Shown here: positions 17,090-27,044 of the stretch, in pieces
How the letters are laid out: the number at the start of each line of letters is the position of its first letter
Position numbering within the stretch: the stretch's first letter is position 1
Source: an uncultured archaeon
GTDB taxonomy: Archaea > Asgardarchaeota > Thorarchaeia > Thorarchaeales > Thorarchaeaceae
Reading direction: 5' to 3'
Length of the DNA stretch: 64,000 nucleotides
Assembly (NCBI GenBank): GCA_964473825.1
Contig: CAYYQL010000002.1
Coordinates: 64,001-128,000 of the forward strand
The notes under the pieces: model-generated
The model's input: only the letters and a program-made list of their open reading frames with translations
The model's database searches: none
Told to the model about the DNA's origin: nothing
Position numbers and translations under genes: made by a program

Positions 17090-18096
17090 GAGTGGCAACT
17101 ACTTCCCCCACAAAATCTCGATGAAACATCGGTCGTAGTAATCCTCAATTGTGTCGGCCATATCAAAGGTGACCATGTTTTTCAAGCTCAATTTCTTCTC
17201 TTCCGCCTCTCGAAGGGCGACCTTGAGAAAAGTTAGGCTGTTTCCACATTGCTCTTCAATTCCTGAAGCCAGTCAAGGCACTCGTCACCGCTTGACCAAG
17301 GCATATCATGGCTTTGCCTTTGACAATACTTTGTGACTATTCCCTTTGCTGTCTCCTCAAATGCGGTTTCCTCTAGAAGAAAAAACACAATCTCATCTGT
17401 ACATCTCTCTCTGGATGGTCTTCTTCGCCAATCCTCTTCGTCTGCTCTAACACTTGCATTTGTACAACGAGCTATGAAGGGCACATGGATGCCATCTCCA
17501 AACCAATTCTTCTTCTCTGTCAGTAGATGCAGAAACAACTTCGTATCAAAATGCACGTTGTCGATAATTGCCAGTGCTTTTGCCCTTCCGAAAAAAGGCT
17601 CGGAAAGCGATTCGAATACTTGGTGGAGCCTCTGTGCAGGATTAGAATAACCTCCAGAAGCTGCAGCCCAGTAGAATACGAAGCTCCAATCATTCTTTTC
17701 GGTCAGAATACGATAACCAAGATGCTGTGCCAGCGTAGTCTTCCCCAGTCCAAGAAGAAACCTTCTCGGCCCGAGGTGGCTTTCCATTCCTCATTCGTTT
17801 CAAGCCCTATATGTTTCTCCCGAAACTGCGTAAGTAGGGCAGTTTCCTGTTTGAAAAGCATTACTGTCACATGAGAGATTGGCCATAGAGACCTCGATTA
17901 ACCCCTCACCGGCCCACTCGTTCGCCTCTTCTCGCTTTCTGGTTATAGAGATTTCGGAATACTCTCTTTCAAAATCTACAGCATAATCGCGAGAGTTTGT
18001 GTGGACGCCCATGATTAAGAGAACTCTTCGATGACTACAAGATAACACAAGTGAAGGGATTTCAAGGTATTCGGAAAAGACTTTATTGAAACGCAT
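17090..18096 (-). pseudogene. fragmented STAND-like P-loop NTPase
   Basis: GLGKTTLAQHLGY (Walker A remnant), LAIIDNVH (Walker B) and CGNSLTFLKVAL lie in different frames separated by stops/frameshifts. Confidence 0.6.
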
Positions 18097-18111
18097 CCCT
18101 TAGTAGATGCA

Positions 18112-19359
18112 GTGGCAGAGGGGATGAAACTTATGGATGTCGAGAAGCTTCTAAGAAAAGGTGAGTCTCAAGAGGTTGAATTCAGAATTAAGTACGACAA
18201 GTCGCGAGAGGGGCGAAGGAACTTGGCCGACATAGTTGCTGCCTTTGCAAATACTGATGGTGGGACCATCATCTTCGGGGTTGAGGACAGTGGTGAGGTC
18301 GTTGGTTTGCCGCTATCCGACATTGATCTTTCACAAATCAAGAACCATATCGAATCATTTCTTGATCCCGTTCCTGAAATCCGATTCAGATTTGAAACGT
18401 TTGAGAAAAAACGGCTTGGAATTATCGAAGTCGACAAATCGAAACAGACTATTACATCTCGAGGTGGCAAACCACCGATACGAAGAGGGACAGCCACGGT
18501 ATACAAGGACGTAGAATACATCTACAAATCACAGAGGGAGGCGCAAAGACGTGCTATGTTCATCATGGTTGCCATCACATCAGTACTGATGGCTCTTGCT
18601 CTAGGTTTGATAGAAACGATTCTTGTCGGAGTATCAATCCGTTTCTTAATGACTATTATGATGTTCACCGTGGGCTTTCTACTACCCCTTGGCTACTCTT
18701 TGATTAAGGCTGAAACGAAATACTCAGCTGAAGCCTCAAGAACTAGAATCCATGCCTTTCTAGGGAAATCAGCACCGCTCGTTGCCATGTTTATTGTGAT
18801 TCTTGAGTTTGCTATTGCATATGTGTGGCTGTCATTTGGCATGAGCCAGCTTGGGTTTCTAACACTATCAAATCTAGCGATGTATCTTATTCTGGGCGCG
18901 ATTGACTTGGTTCCATCGAACAGACTGGCCCAGTGGTCTGGCCTGTTTTTAATTGCCATTCTAGCAGGATTCAGCCTAGCGACAATGCAAGATGCAGAAA
19001 CTCTTCCTAGCATCGTTGTTGAGCTGAGCGGTGTCTTTGTTGGCCTTCTTGGTGCGTTCTCACTGGGCGAAACTTGGAAGGAGATTGAGAACAGAAGAAG
19101 GGGTCGAGATTTAGAGCTACTACTAATCGAGGAGTTAGACTCGATTCAAAACTCCATTCTCCAGAATACGAACCAATCGTTACAATATCCCATATGGGAT
19201 GCAATAACCTCAGGAGGTGACCTGCTATCTATTCGCGGGGTTATGGTGACGAAACTGAGTAGAGCGTATCAAGCCATATCAACATACATCTCTCAGCCGA
19301 CGAGAGAGAACAAGAACACAGTCTTGAACCTGATCTCCGATTTGACCAGATCCAATTAG
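18112..19359 (+). CDS. Schlafen/AlbA_2 domain fused to a multi-pass membrane domain
   Basis: GESQEVEFR...VAAFANTDGGTIIFGVED...IRRGTAT followed by about 6 hydrophobic helices. Confidence 0.85.
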   Translation: MAEGMKLMDVEKLLRKGESQEVEFRIKYDKSREGRRNLADIVAAFANTDGGTIIFGVEDSGEVVGLPLSDIDLSQIKNHIESFLDPVPEIRFRFETFEKKRLGIIEVDKSKQTITSRGGKPPIRRGTATVYKDVEYIYKSQREAQRRAMFIMVAITSVLMALALGLIETILVGVSIRFLMTIMMFTVGFLLPLGYSLIKAETKYSAEASRTRIHAFLGKSAPLVAMFIVILEFAIAYVWLSFGMSQLGFLTLSNLAMYLILGAIDLVPSNRLAQWSGLFLIAILAGFSLATMQDAETLPSIVVELSGVFVGLLGAFSLGETWKEIENRRRGRDLELLLIEELDSIQNSILQNTNQSLQYPIWDAITSGGDLLSIRGVMVTKLSRAYQAISTYISQPTRENKNTVLNLISDLTRSN

Positions 19360-19527
19360 TCCACTAACGAAATAGTCAGAAACCTCATTCTCTTACCCAT
19401 TCAACTAATACTTCCTAGGCCATCCTTATCTTCTCCTTTACCGTTTATGTCTTGAAGTCTACTGAGGAGTTGAATCTCATCACTGGTGTTGCTTATATGA
19501 CTCCCTTCCATATCATAAGCGGTCAGA

Positions 19528-19965
19528 ATGGTCGACGAAGATTCACAGGGCGAATCAACGAATATGCGTAACAATATCGCGGTTGCTATGGCAATTCTAT
19601 CTGGTCTAGGATCAATCGGTTCTCTTATCTTGAATCTCTTGGATGCCTCGGGCTCCGTGGGTGCCGCGGCTCTTTGGTTCCAAGCATTCGCAGTACTTAC
19701 AATCCTCCTTGCAGTTGCGTTCATGAGTATGGAATGGGACCTGAGGAGAAACAAATGGCCGGGAATAGAAGAAAGGTACATGCAGTCAGACCTGCTTACC
19801 ACCGTTCCTCATCCCGAATCCACTCCTCAAGCCCTTCACCGAATGCGTATCGAAACGCTTAGAAAAAGAAAGAGGTTGGCTTTGGCAGAAGGGAAACAAC
19901 AACTTGCTGATCAGTATCAATCTGAAATAGATGAGGCAAAGAAGCATCTCAATCACGATGAATAG
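19528..19965 (+). CDS. small 2-TM membrane protein with a basic C-terminal helix
   Basis: 145-aa ORF with two hydrophobic segments. Confidence 0.6.
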   Translation: MVDEDSQGESTNMRNNIAVAMAILSGLGSIGSLILNLLDASGSVGAAALWFQAFAVLTILLAVAFMSMEWDLRRNKWPGIEERYMQSDLLTTVPHPESTPQALHRMRIETLRKRKRLALAEGKQQLADQYQSEIDEAKKHLNHDE

Positions 19966-20007
19966 CAATAGGCCTAGCGATAGGCTATTGACTTGTAGAA
20001 GTTTGCT

Positions 20008-21624
20008 TCATTTCTGCAACTTCTGGTTTTTGATTGTACTGAACAAATCTGAACTCCATGCAAAGATGATGAGGTCCGAGGTTATGTACGAGAATCTGAA
20101 CCTTATTAGAAAATCATAGTTACCCATGAAAGCAAGAAAGCCCATGATAGAAAAGATAGTGTATATTGCTACAATCCACACAATGCAACGCTTCCTTGAG
20201 AATAGTTTATTCCATTTCGATAAATCGGTCATCTCTCTACGAAACTTCTTTCTGAAATGTGGTAAGGCTAAAGCCTGTGTGAAACCACTGTTGTAGAATG
20301 TTACTGTTGAAATGAGATAAACTGTTTCTGCACCAATGAAGTTCGCAAGTGAAAGCATAATTATGCCAACAAGTAAACCTTTGATAAACATAGGATACAG
20401 CACAAATTGCATTGCTGCGTTGGCCGCTTCACTGTTTGCTTGCTTGACTATAGGCCTTGGAATCCCTGATGGAATAGGTTCTAGACGGATGTGCAGTTCA
20501 TATAGTCCCCACCAAATCAAGACTGCATCTGCAAGAAACAGTATCAGGGAACTGATGATGTCACCAGTTCTCAGGTAAAAAATGGTTTCAAAGCAGAAAA
20601 ACCAACTGATGGCCAGCAACGAGTAGCCCAAATAGTTTCTGAACCTTCTTTCTTTCTTCTTCTTTTTCTTGGCCAGACGGCTTCTGAGCTCAGCCACCGC
20701 TTTTCTAAGATCTATTCCGTGGGATTCTTCATAATGAATCAGCAGTGCACTTGGTTTGGGGAGTGTAAGATGTGCACATCTTGGATTAGGGCACCCTAGA
20801 TACTCTCCCTTTCTCCACTGTGCATAGCGGTAAAGGATTGCTGTCGATACCAAGGATATTGTGCCTATCGCAAGACCCATGAAGACATCCGATGAAGGAA
20901 CCAGAGAAAGAATCAGCTCAACAAGATACAGAATGGCCGCAACAAGAAGGCCTGCTATTGGGACCAAGAGAGTCCATAGACCATCCCAGTTGATTAGTTT
21001 ACCCGCTAGGGATTCCACTGATGGGAGATAAAGCCAGAATGGTTTGGTCCACACAACGAAGAAGAGATCCACCAAAACTGCCATCGTGATAACTACGAAG
21101 AGGATAAGCATGTATGTAAGAAGTAGATTGAGCTGCCAAGCGTAAGCAACAAACACAAGGCCGCCTAAGTAAATGAGCGAAACCAAGCCGAAGACTGTGA
21201 AACGATAATTCCCCATTCTTTCATCTATTAGGAAGGAATCTCTTCTGACTATCCTCTCCCTGAGTTTGTCCAGTTGTGTGTCAACGGCACGCTTTCCCTT
21301 TTGGGTCACGTCCATTATCTTTGAACTGGTATTGCCCAGCACCTTTTCCCTTTCTGAGCTGCTGCAAAAATCGTCAATTGCAGATAGGATGTCATTCGAT
21401 AGTCTTTCAAGGAAACGAGCTAGCTTCGAATTCGTCCGAACCCCTCTCAGCTGAACACACTGGACGCGTATCCCGTCTAGAATGCTTGCTTCTTCCTCTG
21501 AAGATACTGAGGGATTGGAGATTAGTTCCTTCGTTTTGGATTCTACAGTTAGGAGTGACTTATAGGCTCCCCTTAGCTCAACTCGTTCATCATGTTGTGG
21601 ATCGGAAACATGGCTTTCTCCCAA
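20008..21624 (-). CDS. polytopic membrane protein with an N-terminal coiled region and a C2H2-like motif
   Basis: 538-aa ORF, about 9 TM segments, CPNPRC-x13-H-x4-H loop. Confidence 0.7.
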   Translation of the reverse strand: MGESHVSDPQHDERVELRGAYKSLLTVESKTKELISNPSVSSEEEASILDGIRVQCVQLRGVRTNSKLARFLERLSNDILSAIDDFCSSSEREKVLGNTSSKIMDVTQKGKRAVDTQLDKLRERIVRRDSFLIDERMGNYRFTVFGLVSLIYLGGLVFVAYAWQLNLLLTYMLILFVVITMAVLVDLFFVVWTKPFWLYLPSVESLAGKLINWDGLWTLLVPIAGLLVAAILYLVELILSLVPSSDVFMGLAIGTISLVSTAILYRYAQWRKGEYLGCPNPRCAHLTLPKPSALLIHYEESHGIDLRKAVAELRSRLAKKKKKKERRFRNYLGYSLLAISWFFCFETIFYLRTGDIISSLILFLADAVLIWWGLYELHIRLEPIPSGIPRPIVKQANSEAANAAMQFVLYPMFIKGLLVGIIMLSLANFIGAETVYLISTVTFYNSGFTQALALPHFRKKFRREMTDLSKWNKLFSRKRCIVWIVAIYTIFSIMGFLAFMGNYDFLIRFRFSYITSDLIIFAWSSDLFSTIKNQKLQK

Positions 21625-21935
21625 TTACATCCGTCCCATAGGCTCAAACAGGCATCATTCTGTTTTATGGAGATTGCGGTGCCTACTCTGCATTGTGTCG
21701 GTCGGATAGGGCCATTCACCATAGCAAGTCACGTGATATTTTGGAGTCGAATGTCTGCCGATAGACTTGGAGCCGCTAACGATACCTTGTCTTCTTAGAT
21801 GATGGAAAATCACCTTCAGAATTTGTCCAGACTGCATCATCCTTGACAGAAGGGGCACACCAACAATGATGATTGCCGCCCGACTCAGAACGGCTGGTAA
21901 GGCGAGAGCTGTGCAGTGAGTGAGAACGAGGATGT

Positions 21936-22919
21936 CTACTCGAATCTACTATACAGCCGCGAGACCATCTCCTCGGCCTCGCCCATAATCCTATCAATTA
22001 ACTCTTTGACGGTGGGGACATCCCTGACCAGGCCCACACCCTGACCGCAACTCACGACTCCCAGGTCGGTATCTCCCTCATCGTACATCTTCTGTGCCTT
22101 GGTGCCAGCGGCGGCCTGCACGAGGCTGAATAACGACGCGCCCTCAGCCTCTAGTTCGAGGACCTTCTGCGCAGCCTCGTTGTTCCATATCCGATGGGTG
22201 TTTCCGATGGAACGCAAGGCGAGGACTGTATCGGTCTCCTTCGCCTCCACAAAGGCCTGCTTGAGATTGTCGTGGATGGGGCACTCCTTTGTTGCCATCA
22301 TCCTTGTACCCATGATCACTCCTTCAGCACCCAGTGCCAACGCCGCCGCGACCCCTCTGCCGTCTGCTATGCCACCCCCGGCAATCACAGGGATGTCCAG
22401 AGCATCAACTACTGATGGCGTCATCACCATCGTGCCGATATCCAGCTTCCCAGTGGCTCCCCCGTTCTCGTATCCAACAACCGTGACCATGTCTGCACCT
22501 AGAGAGGCTCCCTTCAACGCGTATCTAACTCCGGCACACTTGTGGATCCAGGTGGCACCGCCATCCTTGAACTTGGGAACGAGGTCCTCTGGAGCCTTGT
22601 GGCCGCTGGTTTCGATGATCTCGACGCCCTCATCCAGAGTGGCATCTACGTAGTCCTCCAGCTTGTCTTGAGGCATTAGAGCGGGAAACAGGTTGATATT
22701 CACTGCAAATGGTTGGTCGGTGAGAGACTGGGTCTTTCTTATGGCATCACGCAGCTTGTCAGGAGAGTCATAGTTCGCACTGGCAAGCACTGCGCAGGCA
22801 CCAGCATTGCTCGCAGCGGCAACGAATTCAGGATTCGTGATCCTTGCCATGGCCCCCACGACGAGCGGATACTTGCATCCCAGCATTTCGGTCACTCGCG
22901 TCTCTATCATATGGCTCAC
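21936..22919 (-). CDS. nitronate monooxygenase / FabK-like FMN oxidoreductase
   Basis: YPLVVGAM, G.ENGG, PVIAGGGIADGRG, GAEGVIMGTR motifs. Confidence 0.9.
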   Translation of the reverse strand: MSHMIETRVTEMLGCKYPLVVGAMARITNPEFVAAASNAGACAVLASANYDSPDKLRDAIRKTQSLTDQPFAVNINLFPALMPQDKLEDYVDATLDEGVEIIETSGHKAPEDLVPKFKDGGATWIHKCAGVRYALKGASLGADMVTVVGYENGGATGKLDIGTMVMTPSVVDALDIPVIAGGGIADGRGVAAALALGAEGVIMGTRMMATKECPIHDNLKQAFVEAKETDTVLALRSIGNTHRIWNNEAAQKVLELEAEGASLFSLVQAAAGTKAQKMYDEGDTDLGVVSCGQGVGLVRDVPTVKELIDRIMGEAEEMVSRLYSRFE

Positions 22920-23108
22920 TCACTCTTTTCTTATGGACTTCTGACCAGATTATCACAGATAAACTACATCATCAGTTCGTAAATCAATGGGATTCATGCC
23001 TCCTGCTCCTCAAGAGAGGGCGCCCTCATTAACTAGTATCGAATCGGTTGTGTCGTAAGTCATATAACGAAGGCGGGGCATGCGACATGTCGTACACAGA
23101 CTCTACTG

Positions 23109-24446
23109 TTGGGAGTGTCCAATGTGAGCAAGCACAAGAAGCGGTATGATGAGATTTTCGATCTTTTGGAGAAGCATGACAACTGGATGAGTAACACTAT
23201 CAACCTCATAGCCTCAGAGAACGTGAGTTCGCCGGCAGTTCGGTCTGCCATAGTGAGCGATTTTCGTGACCGATATGCAGAGGGCTGGCCGGGTGAGCGA
23301 GTCTATGCGGGTTGTGTCTACATAGATGAGGTTGAGAAGCTCTGCATCGAGATGGCAAAGGACCTTTTCAATGCCGAATTCGCTGATGTTCGGGCAATAT
23401 CAGGTGTCGTTGCCAACCTGATGATGTATACTGCCTTCATGGATCCCCTTGATAGGATGATGGCACTCTCTATCGCTCATGGTGGGCACATCTCACATGC
23501 GCGTTCGAGTCTGGGGGGAACGGCGGGAGCAATACGCGGACACAAGGTCAGGACGTGGGACTTTGATGAGGAAGAGTTCAACATAGACGTTGACGCCAGC
23601 AAGAAACAGATCCGCGACCTGTTCGACAGCGGCAATGAAGTGAAATTCCTGCTGTTCGGCGGAAGCGTGTTCTTGTTTCCACACCCCGTCAAAGAGTTCC
23701 GAGAGATTGCTGATGAGTATTCCATGAAGATTGGGTATGACTCCGCTCACGTTGCGGGGTTGATTGCAGGCGGGAAATTCCAAGATCCGTTCGCGGACGG
23801 CGCTGATGTGGTCACCGCGTCTACTCATAAGACGCTTCCTGGGCCGCAAAAAGGATGCACACTTGCGCGTATGGAATACGCCGATGCAATCAAACGCGCA
23901 GCTTTTCCAGGCCTGATGAGCAATCATCATCTCCACAACGTCGCGGGATTGGCCGTGGCTCTTGCAGAGATGGCCGAGTTTGGCGAGGAGTATTCTACAC
24001 AGATCATCAAGAACGCGAAGGCCCTAGCCCAATCCCTGCATGACAGAGGATGGGAGGTCGTTGCAGAACACAAGGGTTTCACCGAGTCGCACATCGTTCT
24101 AGTAGAGGTGTCCGAAACCCCTATGAAGAATGGGCGAAAGGTGGAGGAAGAGCTCGAGAAGGCCAATATCATCATCAATCGTAACCTCCTGCCCTGGGAC
24201 AAGAAAGAGGGCCGCGACTACCGCAAGCCTGGCGGTATCAGGTTGGGCACCAGCGAGATGACCCGCTTGGGCATGAAGGAGTCCGAGATGGACCACATAG
24301 CAGAGCTCATGACGCGGGTGGTCATGAAGGGCGAGGATGTCGAGAAGATATCTGATGAGGTAAGCACCTTCCGTGAGGACTATCAGCATGTCCACTACGC
24401 CTTCGACACGGAGACCGAGGCCTACAAACATCTCAGATTTAAGTAG
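23109..24446 (+). CDS. glyA: serine hydroxymethyltransferase
   Basis: INLIASEN, RYAEGWPGERVYAG, GGHISH, STHKTLPGP (PLP lysine), GIRLGT. Confidence 0.97.
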   Translation: MGVSNVSKHKKRYDEIFDLLEKHDNWMSNTINLIASENVSSPAVRSAIVSDFRDRYAEGWPGERVYAGCVYIDEVEKLCIEMAKDLFNAEFADVRAISGVVANLMMYTAFMDPLDRMMALSIAHGGHISHARSSLGGTAGAIRGHKVRTWDFDEEEFNIDVDASKKQIRDLFDSGNEVKFLLFGGSVFLFPHPVKEFREIADEYSMKIGYDSAHVAGLIAGGKFQDPFADGADVVTASTHKTLPGPQKGCTLARMEYADAIKRAAFPGLMSNHHLHNVAGLAVALAEMAEFGEEYSTQIIKNAKALAQSLHDRGWEVVAEHKGFTESHIVLVEVSETPMKNGRKVEEELEKANIIINRNLLPWDKKEGRDYRKPGGIRLGTSEMTRLGMKESEMDHIAELMTRVVMKGEDVEKISDEVSTFREDYQHVHYAFDTETEAYKHLRFK

Positions 24447-24477
24447 AGAGGGCATTAGTCCCTCTTGAGGAGTCTTC

Positions 24478-24774
24478 ATGGACATAGCGGAAGCTCAGAA
24501 GATGATGCGCCGAATCTATCTTGAAAGAGATAGACAGCGCGGTGTCGAACGGACAGTTCTACGAACGTACGAAGAGCTTGCTGAGCTAAGTGAAGCAATC
24601 CGGGGAGCCGGGGTCCGAGATGAAATAGAAAGTGAATTTGGAGATGTATTTGCCTGGCTCTGTTCCCTTGCAAATCTCTTGGATGTTGACCTTGAGAAGG
24701 CACTGGTCAACAAGTACAATCATGTCTGTTCTAGGTGTGGGAAGGCCCCGTGTGAGTGTATCGATACTCCGTAG
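24478..24774 (+). CDS. MazG-like nucleotide pyrophosphohydrolase
   Basis: EELAEL...EFGDVFAWLCSLAN and C-terminal CSRC...C.C. Confidence 0.9.
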   Translation: MDIAEAQKMMRRIYLERDRQRGVERTVLRTYEELAELSEAIRGAGVRDEIESEFGDVFAWLCSLANLLDVDLEKALVNKYNHVCSRCGKAPCECIDTP

Positions 24775-24892
24775 AACGGAGAGAAAACCACACTAGCGTC
24801 AGTCCTCCACGACAGCTTCTCTCCGAGATGGTAACAAAGGGTTTTTATCCATATCAGAGTCCGGAGAGGCAACGCTAGGAGACAGACAGGCA

Positions 24893-25087
24893 ATGCCAAA
24901 GACTGCCAAGAAACGTCGGAAGAAGAAAGGAAAGGGCGAAACCCCGGTCACTGGTGGTGCCGGCCTGATCAGATTCTTCGAAGATGAAACACCCGGGATC
25001 AAGGTTGGACCCACGCTAGTGGTAGTCTTCGCGGCAGTTCTGCTCATTGTCGTCATAATTGCACATCTGAACATCCTGTCGTTTTAG
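24893..25087 (+). CDS. secG: preprotein translocase subunit Sec61beta/SecG
   Basis: GAGLIRFFEDETPGIKVGP plus a single TM helix. Confidence 0.92.
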   Translation: MPKTAKKRRKKKGKGETPVTGGAGLIRFFEDETPGIKVGPTLVVVFAAVLLIVVIIAHLNILSF

Positions 25088-25160
25088 GCAGCTGGTGCTA
25101 CTTCCTAACGGTTATAAAGCGCGGGAATGCCAAACGCAGACCAGAATCTGGTGATTGGAA

Positions 25161-25442
25161 ATGAATATCAAGAGTGAGCTTCGAAAGCATTGTCCACGGT
25201 GCAATACGCATACTATGCATAAGGTCAGCATATACAAGAAAGGACAGACCAGACCTCGAGCTGCGGGTAGCCGACGAATGAAAAGGAAGACTAAGGGCTA
25301 CGGGTCATTTCCAAAACCAATCCAGAAGCGATTCGCCAAGACCACGAAGAAAACCATGCTTCAGTATGAATGCAAGGAGTGTGGCCACATGTTCCAAAGC
25401 GATGGAATACGCCTGAAGAAGGTCGAAATTCAACGCGTCTAG
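25161..25442 (+). CDS. rpl44e: 50S ribosomal protein L44e (eL42)
   Basis: CPRCNTHTMHKV...GYGSFPKP...KTTKK...ECKECG. Confidence 0.96.
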   Translation: MNIKSELRKHCPRCNTHTMHKVSIYKKGQTRPRAAGSRRMKRKTKGYGSFPKPIQKRFAKTTKKTMLQYECKECGHMFQSDGIRLKKVEIQRV

Positions 25443-25785
25443 AATGAAGGTGTCTCATAGTTTCACCTCTGGTAGTTCGCTCATCATGAATTGCACGGAG
25501 TGCGATTTTGATTACAAGAGATTGGTATTGCCATCAGAACGGTAACACGTTAGTCCTGTGGGGCGTAGTTTCTGAAATGCATACTCTATTTCGAGTCGTT
25601 GCGCTGAGGAAGAAGAGATTTCGTCAGTCCGCTGGTAAGTTATGGTGACTGGTGTTCAAGTTTTACATTGCTGGCTGCAACCTATGTCGATACAGTTATA
25701 ATGCGAGTCATCGCCGACGATACGAAGTCCCTCCGGGATGCTCTTCTGCTATCCAAGCAGGTTTACAACGCAGTCTAATGCGGTG

Positions 25786-25992
25786 ATGATGTTGAGTAAG
25801 AAAGAAGTAGTCCAGCAACCAAGCTCGCGATTTATCCGAATCAAGTGTCTTGAATGCGAACACGAGCAGATTATATTTGGAAGTGCCTCGACTGAGGTCA
25901 AGTGTGTTGAATGTGAAAGAGTGCTTGCCAAGCCATCAGGCGGAAAAGCGAAGCTAGAACCGATTGCAAGAGAACTCGAGATTCTTCCGTAG
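25786..25992 (+). CDS. rps27e: 30S ribosomal protein S27e
   Basis: PSSRFIRIKCLEC..EQIIF...VKCVEC...LAKPSGGKA. Confidence 0.96.
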   Translation: MMLSKKEVVQQPSSRFIRIKCLECEHEQIIFGSASTEVKCVECERVLAKPSGGKAKLEPIARELEILP

Positions 25993-26030
25993 AATTGGGG
26001 TTCTGATTCATTGAAGGAGGATAGATTCTC

Positions 26031-26825
26031 ATGGTCTTGAAGCGTACCGAGTGGCCCGAACCGGATGAGTATGTTGTGGCGGTGGCGTCCAAAGTTGCGC
26101 CTTATGGTGCGTATGTGACTCTCCCAGAATATGGGGACAAAGAGGGGTTCATACACATCTCAGAAGTCAGTAGTACGTGGGTTAGGAACATACGGAACCA
26201 TATCCATGAGAACCAAAGGATAGTTGTGAAGGTACTTCAGGTTGACAGGTCAAAGGGCCATATTGATTGTTCATTGAGAAGAGTTTCCAGTGAGGCAAAA
26301 CGAGCCAAGAATACCGAGTGGAAACGTACGCAGAAGGCGGAGAAGTTCTTAGAACTGATTGCACATGAAAATGACACAGACCTCGAAGATATTTATGAGA
26401 AGGTTGGTTGGGCTCTAGAGGAGCACTTCGGGGAGATCTACAAGGGTCTTGAGGCCGCAGCAGATTTGGGCTATGAGGCGCTCAAAGATGTTGATGCTCC
26501 AAAAGATTTGCTGAAGCAGATTGCTGAAAATGCTGAGGCGCGTATTGAGATTCCTTCTGTAGAAGTTGACGGTGAGTTGAAGATACAGGTACCGGGGTCA
26601 GAAGGTGTCGAAGTGATTAAGTCAGCCCTGACGAAGGGACTTGATATCGGGAAGGCTGACGAGAAGTCTGAAGTAGAGATATACACTCTAGGTGCACCAA
26701 GATACAAACTCTCGATTATTAGTCCCGACTACAGAGAGGCGGAAGAGTTGCTCTCCGAGATTGTTCAAAGTGTCAGAGCTACTATTGAGAAAGCTGAGGG
26801 TGTCTTTGAGTTCAAAAGAAAATAG
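26031..26825 (+). CDS. eif2a: translation initiation factor 2 alpha subunit
   Basis: S1 domain YGAYVTL.EY...GFIHISEVS...KGHIDCSLRRV; GAPRY. Confidence 0.97.
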   Translation: MVLKRTEWPEPDEYVVAVASKVAPYGAYVTLPEYGDKEGFIHISEVSSTWVRNIRNHIHENQRIVVKVLQVDRSKGHIDCSLRRVSSEAKRAKNTEWKRTQKAEKFLELIAHENDTDLEDIYEKVGWALEEHFGEIYKGLEAAADLGYEALKDVDAPKDLLKQIAENAEARIEIPSVEVDGELKIQVPGSEGVEVIKSALTKGLDIGKADEKSEVEIYTLGAPRYKLSIISPDYREAEELLSEIVQSVRATIEKAEGVFEFKRK

Positions 26826-26834
26826 GTTGTGAGT

Positions 26835-27005
26835 ATGCCATATATTTTCAAGTGTTCAGAGTGCGGCGAGTACACTCTCGAACGAAACAGATGCCCAAGA
26901 TGTGATGGGCTTGTCAAGACCCCACATCCACCACGATTCAGCCCAGTGGACAAATACGGCGAATACCGTAGAAAGGCAAAGCGAAAACAACGCGACGAAG
27001 AATAG
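26835..27005 (+). CDS. nop10: H/ACA RNP protein Nop10 (56 aa, below the ORF-track cutoff)
   Basis: Hand translation MPYIFKCSECGEYTLERNRCPRCDGLVKTPHPPRFSPVDKYGEYRRKAK; conserved position after aIF2alpha. Confidence 0.95.
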   Translation: MPYIFKCSECGEYTLERNRCPRCDGLVKTPHPPRFSPVDKYGEYRRKAKRKQRDEE

Positions 27006-27044
27006 AAAGGGGGCGATTGGTTCTACCAATCACCCGGAGTGTTC

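Larger units (their letters stand above)
3426..21700. mobile_element. tRNA-Lys-adjacent accessory/defence island (right boundary approximate)
   Basis: Run of non-housekeeping nuclease/toxin-like genes and pseudogenes starting right after the tRNA-Lys CCA; housekeeping genes resume at 21936; no integrase or att repeat recognised. Confidence 0.6.

Noticed and set aside
17788-17802. Selenocysteine readthrough joining ORFs 17800-18096 and 17233-17787
   Set aside because: Two TGAs plus further frameshifts; better explained as pseudogene decay
21625-21935. attR (duplicated tRNA-Lys 3' end) at the island right boundary
   Set aside because: No recognisable copy of TTCGAATCCCGCTCGGCCCGCCA found by eye
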